This document shows positions 1 to 6,485 of a stretch of 10,720 bases of DNA, in pieces. The stretch comes from Elusimicrobiota bacterium (GTDB lineage Bacteria; CG03; SLGR01; JAGXOG01): the NCBI GenBank assembly GCA_051745145.1, contig JBNJDT010000050.1, forward strand, positions 1 through 10,720, read 5' to 3'. The notes below the pieces were generated by a model. It saw only the letters and a program-made list of their open reading frames with translations. It was not told the origin of the DNA and searched no databases. The position numbers were made by a program, and so were the translations under genes. Numbering within the stretch: position 1 is the stretch's first letter; each line of letters starts with the position of its first letter.

Positions 1-1388
1 TTGTTGCGGGGAACTCCAAACATATTGTGAAGCATCGGAGCTCTAAAATCTGCTTCCACCAGCAAAACTTTTTTATGGGCCTGGGCTGCCGATAATGCAA
101 AATTAGATACAACGACAGATTTTCCTTCCTGCATGGTGGTAGAGGTAAAAAGAAGAGTTTTATCCTCAATTCCTGTAGAAGTAAAATCGACATTTGTTTC
201 CATAGTTCTAAAAGCCTCTGATACGGATGATTTGGGTTTGTGAGCAATAACAAGCCGCGAACTATGTTTTTTAGAACCCGACGCTTTTTCTTTTAATTCA
301 TCTATTGCCGTTCCCACATCTTTTTCGGGGGTAAAATACGGGATAATTCCCAGTACCGGTAATTTTAAAAATTCTTCAATTTCTTCAATAGTCCCGATCG
401 AAGTATCCAATTGCTCCTTAAAAAAAGCTAAAATTATACCAAATATAAGTCCCACTATACTGCCCATACCGTACCCTACTGCTGTTCCGGGAGATTCCGG
501 GCTTTGGGGTTCAATAGCCGGATTTATTACTCTTACTTTAGGTGGTTCCCCGGCATCAGCAACTAACATTTCTCTATACTGTTTACTTAACATAAAGTAA
601 AGCTCTTCGTTTACCTTAATATCTCTTTCTAATCTCTGCTGGACAAGACGCTCTTCAGAAATAGCGGAAAGCGACGATTGGAGTTCTTCTATCCGTTCCT
701 GAGTTTCAAGAACCTTAGGATGCTGGTCAGTATATTGAGATTTAAGAGACTGTAAGTCCAGTTTAAGCGACTCCAGTCTATCTGTGAAACTACTTTTTAC
801 TTTACTCAAATCTCCCGTATCCATGTAGTCAATAAGTGCCTCTTCACTTGAACGTAAAGCTTCCGAGATATATTCCAGCTGGGATGACATAAACTCCCGC
901 CTTTCCCGGCTGGTCTGTTTTTTCTGCCACTGACTTACTTCTATATAGGCCTCGGCAATTGTATTCGCAAGATTTGCTGCTTTATCAGGTTCGTGAGAAG
1001 AAACTTCTATTTTGAGTAAATTAGTATTACCTTCCTGGGTTACCTTTATTTGTTTAAGTACACTGGAGACAAGTTCATCTATTTTATTAAGGGGGGTCTC
1101 TTCCGTTATCTCCCCTTTCATTTCAAGCGCTCGCTCGACAACTTTTCGGGATTTAGCAACTCTTATTTCCGTTTCCATCATACCGGCCGAATACCACTGA
1201 TACGTACCTCCGACACCAGCTACCGACTGGGCGGTCACCTCGCACACAGTAGATGCTTTATATACCGGATCTTTCCTAAGAGAAAAGAAATGCGCGGCGC
1301 CAAGGACAATAATTACAGAAAATATAATAAACCATTTTCTTCTGCGGAGTATCCGCCAGTAATCGTATATTGTGTATTCTTGAGACAT
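1..1388 (-). CDS. wzc: Wzc/GumC-like polysaccharide co-polymerase / bacterial tyrosine autokinase (3' end runs off the window)
   Basis: Not in the ORF track; hand-translated from ATG 1388-1386 and open to position 1. Starts MSQEYTIYDYWRILRRRKWFIIFSVIIVLG (Wzz-type N-terminus + TM1). Also contains TNLLKIEVSSHEPDKAANLANTIAEAY, QYTDQHPKV, VRVINPAIEP, TM2 GYGMGSIVGLIFGIILAFF, LPVLGIIP, SEAFRTMETN, Walker A TSTTMQEGKS (117-146) and Walker A' LLVEADFRAP (36-65). The ATG overlaps the upstream TGA (TGATG). Confidence 0.95.
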   Translation of the reverse strand, partial: MSQEYTIYDYWRILRRRKWFIIFSVIIVLGAAHFFSLRKDPVYKASTVCEVTAQSVAGVGGTYQWYSAGMMETEIRVAKSRKVVERALEMKGEITEETPLNKIDELVSSVLKQIKVTQEGNTNLLKIEVSSHEPDKAANLANTIAEAYIEVSQWQKKQTSRERREFMSSQLEYISEALRSSEEALIDYMDTGDLSKVKSSFTDRLESLKLDLQSLKSQYTDQHPKVLETQERIEELQSSLSAISEERLVQQRLERDIKVNEELYFMLSKQYREMLVADAGEPPKVRVINPAIEPQSPESPGTAVGYGMGSIVGLIFGIILAFFKEQLDTSIGTIEEIEEFLKLPVLGIIPYFTPEKDVGTAIDELKEKASGSKKHSSRLVIAHKPKSSVSEAFRTMETNVDFTSTGIEDKTLLFTSTTMQEGKSVVVSNFALSAAQAHKKVLLVEADFRAPMLHNMFGVPRN

Positions 1389-2035
1389 CAGAAAAGAATC
1401 GCCGACATAGTAGCTAATGTTGCTATAAAACTAAGAGTAGGCATTACATTGTCAACAAAATAATTCCAGGAGGTAAGCCTCGTATGGGGTATGTAAACCA
1501 CATCTCCCACCTGCAGTTTAAAGTCCGGAGCTTCTCCGTTTAATATAGCATCCAAATTTACCTCTATCTTTTTGCGGGATTCATCTTTAACTTCTCTAAG
1601 CACAACACACTTTTTTGTCTTGGCATCTTTTGTGACTCCGCCAGTACGAGCTATAAGCTCAAGAAGTCCCATACCTTCATAAAAAGGTACTTCCCTGCCT
1701 GACTGCCGGCGCACTTCTCCAAACACAGATACTACCCATTGAGAATGGCGGGAAATTATTACCGATATGCCGGGTTTCTTTAAATATTCTAAAAATTCAG
1801 AAACAAGTTTTTCTTCCAATTCTTTTGCTGTCAGGCCCTCCGCTTTAACTTTTCCAATAAGAGGCATTGCTATACTTCCATCCATCTTAACTTCCAGCTG
1901 ACGAGTTAAATCAGGATTATCCCATATAAATACTTCAAGTTCATCACCCGGCGTTATTTTATATTCTTCCGCAAAAACTCCCGATGCTCCAAAAAGAAAA
2001 TATATAAAAATAAGAATAAATAGTTTAGATTTCAT
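1388..2035 (-). CDS. Polysaccharide biosynthesis/export protein (Wza-like OPX; Poly_export + one SLBB domain)
   Basis: YKITPGDELEVFIW...VKMDGSIAMPLIGKVKAEGLT is the polysaccharide export signature. VSVFGEV...LLELIARTGG...LQVGDVVYIP is an SLBB-like domain, followed by the C-terminal helix WNYFVDNVMPTLSF. Start moved from 2044 to ATG 2035, which gives an ATGA overlap with the upstream stop and a clean signal peptide MKSKLFILIFIYFLFGASGVFA. Confidence 0.92.
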   Translation of the reverse strand: MKSKLFILIFIYFLFGASGVFAEEYKITPGDELEVFIWDNPDLTRQLEVKMDGSIAMPLIGKVKAEGLTAKELEEKLVSEFLEYLKKPGISVIISRHSQWVVSVFGEVRRQSGREVPFYEGMGLLELIARTGGVTKDAKTKKCVVLREVKDESRKKIEVNLDAILNGEAPDFKLQVGDVVYIPHTRLTSWNYFVDNVMPTLSFIATLATMSAILF

Positions 2036-2754
2036 AGCTCCCACCCTTTTAATGCTCTATAGTTTCGATATATATTTCTAACATAGAGGGTAGTTTCCCG
2101 AAAAGGGGGGACGCCGTTATACTTTTTAACAGCCATACTCCCGGCATTATAAGCTGCAAGAGCAAGCCGCTTGTCACCGTTGTACTTTTTTAAAAGATAA
2201 GCCAAATGTTCTGTCCCGGCGGAAATATTTTCAGCGGGGTCAAAAATATTGGTCACTCCGTATTGTCTTGCCGTTCGGGGCATAAGCTGCATAAGTCCTC
2301 TGGCGCCTTTGTGGGAAATGGCCGTTGGATTAAAACCCGACTCCTGTCTTATTAGGGCCTTTAATAACTCTTTTTCCACACCATGTATTGCGGCATATTT
2401 ATTTATTAAAGTACTGAACCGGCTTTTTGAAGACTGCAGTGATGCATAATGATTTATCAGAGACTTCATTTCTGCTCCGTCAAGCCGGCTACCGTTCATA
2501 AGTCTTATTTCCTCTACCTGCAAAGGGGAAAATACCATACCGCCGCCATCAATATAGACAGTTACTTTCCCTTTAGAAGAGATATCTATATTCCCGTCGA
2601 AATGATTGCCGTTTTTTAAACAAACCCTTCCCATAGATTGACGGGGATTATCAGTTACGGGAGCATGGGCTTCCTGAATAATAACTGTGGACAATACTAA
2701 AGTTATTACAGATACTACATATCTTAATGTTTTAAATAATATAGAAATTTTCAT
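2032..2754 (-). CDS. Lytic transglycosylase (SLT domain, GH23-type) with an N-terminal membrane anchor or signal
   Basis: Motifs ALIRQES (catalytic Glu), GARGLMQLMP, ALAAYNAG and PPFRETTLYV. Hydrophobic segment YVVSVITLVLSTVII. ATG 2754 is preferred to TTG 2778, but the start is uncertain. Confidence 0.92.
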   Translation of the reverse strand: MKISILFKTLRYVVSVITLVLSTVIIQEAHAPVTDNPRQSMGRVCLKNGNHFDGNIDISSKGKVTVYIDGGGMVFSPLQVEEIRLMNGSRLDGAEMKSLINHYASLQSSKSRFSTLINKYAAIHGVEKELLKALIRQESGFNPTAISHKGARGLMQLMPRTARQYGVTNIFDPAENISAGTEHLAYLLKKYNGDKRLALAAYNAGSMAVKKYNGVPPFRETTLYVRNIYRNYRALKGWEL

Positions 2755-2814
2755 CGGTATATTAAGGCGTCGTCTCAATCAATACAGTTAAAGTATTTCT
2801 GTATACATTAAAAC

Positions 2815-3177
2815 TCATTTATCGAAATAATTTCTTACAGCTTCCCTAACTTCGTATATTGTAAAAGGTTTATTCATACACTTGTACACCCCGCGGGACA
2901 TATAATTTTTTACTTCTTTCTCATCAAAATAACCTGATATCATTATAATACCGCAGTCCGGCATACTTTTCTTTATATCCCCCACCATATCCCTTTCTTC
3001 GGAAGTTCCCAGGGAGTGGTCAAGTATTACTAAATCATAGACATCTTTTTTTATCTTATCAACTGCTTTAGTATAATCTATCGCAGTATCAACTTCATAA
3101 TCATCTTTTTGGAGGAGTTTTTCTAAAGTTCTTAAAATATGTTTCTCATCATCAATAATAAGTACCTTGCTTTTCAT
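2815..3177 (-). CDS. Single-domain response regulator (CheY-like receiver)
   Basis: VLIIDDE acidic pocket, phospho-acceptor in YDLVILD, MISG, NKPF; 120 aa with no output domain; AAGGA SD-like sequence upstream. Confidence 0.92.
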   Translation of the reverse strand: MKSKVLIIDDEKHILRTLEKLLQKDDYEVDTAIDYTKAVDKIKKDVYDLVILDHSLGTSEERDMVGDIKKSMPDCGIIMISGYFDEKEVKNYMSRGVYKCMNKPFTIYEVREAVRNYFDK

Positions 3178-3227
3178 AAAAAATTATCCTTATTTAAATC
3201 TACAACAAACTTTTACCCCACTTCTTT

Positions 3228-3554
3228 CTAAAACTGTACAACAATAATTGTTGAACCCCCGATTGAAGTTGCTGCCAAATCTGCCCAATTAAAACCCGTC
3301 CGAGGAATATCATATATTTCTTTACCCAATCCCGCTGTTATTGAAAGAAGCATTGAATACATCCAGGCATCATCTTTACTTACATGCTTTTTAAAAAAGG
3401 GATATGACCCATGCGACACTAAAACACCGGCGGAAAAATGAACATATTTATCTTTTTTCAAAGAGGACAGCGTATTAAAAACAGCACCTGAATTTTTAGG
3501 AAACGCCATTATCAAAAATAAAAAAACAGTAACTGTTATTTTAAAATTTCTCAT
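3228..3554 (-). CDS. Small membrane protein, YfiM/DUF2279-like
   Basis: Signal-like N-terminus, then DKYVHFSAG, GLGKEIYD and GFNWADLAA, matching the DK..HF / KE..D / GF.W.DL pattern I associate with YfiM/DUF2279 proteins. Confidence 0.7.
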   Translation of the reverse strand: MRNFKITVTVFLFLIMAFPKNSGAVFNTLSSLKKDKYVHFSAGVLVSHGSYPFFKKHVSKDDAWMYSMLLSITAGLGKEIYDIPRTGFNWADLAATSIGGSTIIVVQF

Positions 3555-3644
3555 TGTCTTTTTTAAAGCTAGATAATAACATTAATTGTCCTCTAAATCA
3601 AGAAAATTATTCAATATATAAACGCATTAAAAAGGTCTGAAAAT

Positions 3645-4016
3645 TCACTTAGTATATTTAGATACTGTATTTCTCAACTTATTTATATCCACGGGTTTTG
3701 AAATAAATTCTTCCGCACCGCTTTTAATAGCTTCTTCCATATAACCCGAATCAGCATAACCCGAAATAACTACAACTTTCACGGACGGATTTTTTCTCTT
3801 AATTTCTTTTATCATATCAGTACCGTCCATTCCGGGAAGATCTAAGTCGGTGATAATAAAATCATATTTTTCCCTATTAAAAAAATCCAACCCAACTTCC
3901 GCTGACTCGGCAAGCTTTATATCATAAACAGGTTCTTTTTTGAGAATTCTATAATAAGTATTCCTCAATGTCTTTTCATCTTCAACTATAAGTATCTTTT
4001 TATTTTTTTGGTTCAT
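3645..4016 (-). CDS. Single-domain response regulator (CheY-like receiver)
   Basis: ILIVEDE, YDFIITDLDLPGMDG, VISG, GAEEFISKP; 123 aa with no output domain. Confidence 0.95.
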   Translation of the reverse strand: MNQKNKKILIVEDEKTLRNTYYRILKKEPVYDIKLAESAEVGLDFFNREKYDFIITDLDLPGMDGTDMIKEIKRKNPSVKVVVISGYADSGYMEEAIKSGAEEFISKPVDINKLRNTVSKYTK

Positions 4017-4083
4017 TATTAAACTCTTGCTTTATACAGTATTGCCCCCCTCCTGTATTTTCAGTTTACAATCAATAAATATG

Positions 4084-4111
4084 ATTTTATTATATATATA
4101 AAAAATTTCAA
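4084..4111 (-). promoter_or_regulatory. Candidate sigma70-type promoter for the 3645-4016 receiver gene
   Basis: Minus strand TTGAAA (4111-4106), 16-nt spacer, TAAAAT (4089-4084), in the longest intergenic gap (4017-4206). The region is very AT-rich, so a chance match is possible. Confidence 0.35.
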
Positions 4112-4138
4112 CAGTTATTTAAATTAATTTTTTATATA
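4095..4138. repeat. Perfect 13-bp inverted repeat with 18-bp spacer
   Basis: tatataaaaaatt (4095-4107) and aattttttatata (4126-4138). The sequence is directly visible; the function is unknown. Confidence 0.6.
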
Positions 4139-4186
4139 ATTCTTTAATTGTACCCTACTATCATGACCTTATAATATTCGAAAGAT

Positions 4187-4209
4187 AAAAACAAGACGGG
4201 TCCATCTTA
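4187..4209 (-). terminator. Possible weak intrinsic terminator at the end of the nucleotidyltransferase gene
   Basis: Minus strand AAGATG-GACC-CGTCTT-G-TTTTT: a 6-bp stem with one G-U pair, a 4-nt loop and a U-tract, overlapping the TAA stop. Confidence 0.4.
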
Positions 4210-5019
4210 TTTTAGAGGAGCTTTTATCATTTTAACCATTAACAGAAAAGGGCGGCAATAATACAAAAATTCCGCGGGACGAAAATTGTATCTTCTTTTT
4301 AAAAATTCCAGGGACGGGAAAAGAAACTTTTTAATAAATATCAACTTTTCCCGTAAATTTCCTGCATAAATCGGTCTAAGAAAATGTCCTTTTTCCGAGA
4401 AATGGGGAAGTGATAATATGAATTTAGTATATCCGGTTTTAAACCCCTCTCTTTTACCCCAAAATACCTGGCTGTCATATATAGTAAGAAGTTCCTCCAG
4501 GCCATACTTTTGAGCTTTAGCTTCTAAAATCTCCGGCTGGGAAATTTCCTTTAAAAGTCTACGTAAATCCTCAGCCCATGAATTTCTCAAATATCCGTGC
4601 TGCACAAAAGCGTGAAACAGTATATAAATAAAATGTTCTTCATCGGGTAAAAAAGTTAAAGTCTCTTGGGAAGCCATCTTATTCCACAACCGTTCCAGCT
4701 GCTCCCTGTTCATATACAGGATATCCGTATGAATATCTATAATAGCCGGTTCTCCCTTCCGATAATACCCTTTTTCCCCGCTTTTTACGGGATAATAATT
4801 GTTTTTTCTTAAAATTCTTTCAATTTTCTGTTCATCTTCTTTTTTTATGAGTATATCAATATCCTCCATATCTCTTTCACCTTTACGGTATCTACCTGTA
4901 AGTAAAAGCCCCATCCCCTTCAAAGGACATAATTGAACTCCGGTACGGCGACAATTTTCCACCAGATTCGAAAACTGCTTTTCAAGGAGTATATTCCTGT
5001 ATATCAGTCTTTTATCCAT
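4207..5019 (-). CDS. Uncharacterised nucleotidyltransferase family protein (NTP_transf_5-like)
   Basis: PLKG...ERDMEDIDILIK (R.m.DID metal-binding signature), IIDIH, EEHFIYILFHAFVQH and WAEDL; the start overlaps the upstream gene by 16 nt. Confidence 0.85.
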   Translation of the reverse strand: MDKRLIYRNILLEKQFSNLVENCRRTGVQLCPLKGMGLLLTGRYRKGERDMEDIDILIKKEDEQKIERILRKNNYYPVKSGEKGYYRKGEPAIIDIHTDILYMNREQLERLWNKMASQETLTFLPDEEHFIYILFHAFVQHGYLRNSWAEDLRRLLKEISQPEILEAKAQKYGLEELLTIYDSQVFWGKREGFKTGYTKFILSLPHFSEKGHFLRPIYAGNLREKLIFIKKFLFPSLEFLKRRYNFRPAEFLYYCRPFLLMVKMIKAPLK

Positions 5020-6485
5020 TGTTTGATAAATATTTTCCTGAAACCGGTGATATCCAGTTTTATCTTCTTCCCATCTTCTACATCTTCTTCGGACATAATT
5101 CCCAGTTCATTAAAATTATCTCCGTAAATTTTTGTCTCCTCCGTCCAAATATCTTCCGAAAAATAAAGTTCGGCTGTACTTTTTATAATAGCTCTTTTAT
5201 TCATATTATCGGATATATTTAAATTGATACGCCTTACAATTCCCTCTTCTTCATCTTCAGTTTCCCGTATATCTTCCTCAACTTGTATTTTTATTCCCTC
5301 AACATTTTGCTGTTCGGTAATATGTTCTATCCTCCGTATAAATCCCCCGTCGGAAAGATATTTAACGCTCCAGGTGGCTCCTACCGGGGTAATACTCAAA
5401 GGAACCACTTCTATATTCGATTTTTCTTTACTCTCAACTTTTTCAGTACCGGTTGAAGTTTCACTTGTCACTTTTTTTCTTTTTTTCTGGGCCGAAGAAA
5501 GTTTTTCAGCCGGTTTTTTTTCTTTTTTTGGTCCAAATTTCATTCCCACAGAAATCCGGTGGGTATTGCCCAGATATGAATAGGGGGCAAAGGCATAATC
5601 CAGGCTCCAATCAGACATTCTAAGACCGAAACCTCCCCTAAAACCGGAGAAACCACCGAGTGGAAGTCCTTTAATACGGTAAACATAACCGCATCTTAAA
5701 AGAAAATTCTCAAAAAGTGAGTACTCCGCTCCCCCGTGTATTGAAGGATAATCATCTGTAGGATAACGGAAATTAATTCCCGCAGAAAGATCTTCAATTA
5801 TTTTTGTTCCCGCTCCCATATTAATATCAAAAGGCAGGTTATAGTACTCTTTACGAAATCTCATCGCCGGCCCGAAATTTCTAAGGACTCCGGACAGGTA
5901 TATATCTCTATCCAGGGCCCGCAGTCTATAGAGCACCCCGGCATCCAGGGCCATACCGTATGCCTTGTCCTGATCTATAGATTGGATAATACCTTTTAGA
6001 GAAACCCCGGCAGAAAGATCTTTCTTCAAATTTAGACCATATCCAAAACCGGCCATTATATCATAAGCGCCAAAGCTCCCTTCCGGAGAAGTATAAGGAA
6101 AAAAGGGATCGTTCTCGTCTTCGCCGCTTCTTCTTTCCATATCAGATGGAACAGTGAGGGACCGGAACATCAAACCTCCGGTACCTCTTTCAAAAGGTAC
6201 GATACCGGCACCGAAACTGTTATTAATTCCCTGGAACCATCTATTGTATGTGGCAGCCGCCTCGTATTCACTGTATCCTGCAAGATAGGCCGGATTCCAC
6301 CACATCCCGTAAGTATCCGGTAGAATACCGCTCTGAAATTCTCCCATCGCACTTCCCCGTCCACCGGGCGGAATCTTTAAAAAATCCGCTGCGGTAGTGC
6401 CCGCATCCGGATGTACGGATAAATCCGCCAGAACGGCCGTTGCAGTTACTGCTACTATTGTAATAATACTAAATAATTTTTTCAT
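5004..6485 (-). CDS. PorV/PorQ (UPF0164)-family outer-membrane beta-barrel with C-terminal extension
   Basis: Signal peptide ending TAVLA, then GTTAADFLKIPPGGRGSAMGE and MWWNPAYLA (N-terminal hatch signature of PorV/FadL-like barrels), alternating beta-strands, and LDYAFAPYSYLGNTHRISVGMKF ending at aa 317. A further 176 aa follow. Confidence 0.85.
   Translation of the reverse strand: MKKLFSIITIVAVTATAVLADLSVHPDAGTTAADFLKIPPGGRGSAMGEFQSGILPDTYGMWWNPAYLAGYSEYEAAATYNRWFQGINNSFGAGIVPFERGTGGLMFRSLTVPSDMERRSGEDENDPFFPYTSPEGSFGAYDIMAGFGYGLNLKKDLSAGVSLKGIIQSIDQDKAYGMALDAGVLYRLRALDRDIYLSGVLRNFGPAMRFRKEYYNLPFDINMGAGTKIIEDLSAGINFRYPTDDYPSIHGGAEYSLFENFLLRCGYVYRIKGLPLGGFSGFRGGFGLRMSDWSLDYAFAPYSYLGNTHRISVGMKFGPKKEKKPAEKLSSAQKKRKKVTSETSTGTEKVESKEKSNIEVVPLSITPVGATWSVKYLSDGGFIRRIEHITEQQNVEGIKIQVEEDIRETEDEEEGIVRRINLNISDNMNKRAIIKSTAELYFSEDIWTEETKIYGDNFNELGIMSEEDVEDGKKIKLDITGFRKIFIKQWIKD

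Noticed and set aside
1012..1463. Plus-strand ORFs 1012-1200 and 1050-1463
   Set aside because: They lie antisense to the clearly recognisable wzc and wza genes and show no protein motifs.
2249..2449. Plus-strand 66-aa ORF
   Set aside because: Antisense shadow of the SLT catalytic domain.
4091..4100. (TA)5 run as a phase-variable repeat
   Set aside because: Too short, and expected in DNA this AT-rich.
4017..4206. Lasso/RiPP precursor or structured ncRNA beside the nucleotidyltransferase
   Set aside because: No plausible precursor ORF, no PqqD, B or C genes in the window, and no recognisable riboswitch or tRNA structure.
4933..5583. Plus-strand ORFs 4933-5127, 5019-5222 and 5224-5583
   Set aside because: Ser/Phe/Ile-rich mirror translations of Glu/Lys-rich minus-strand coding sequence.
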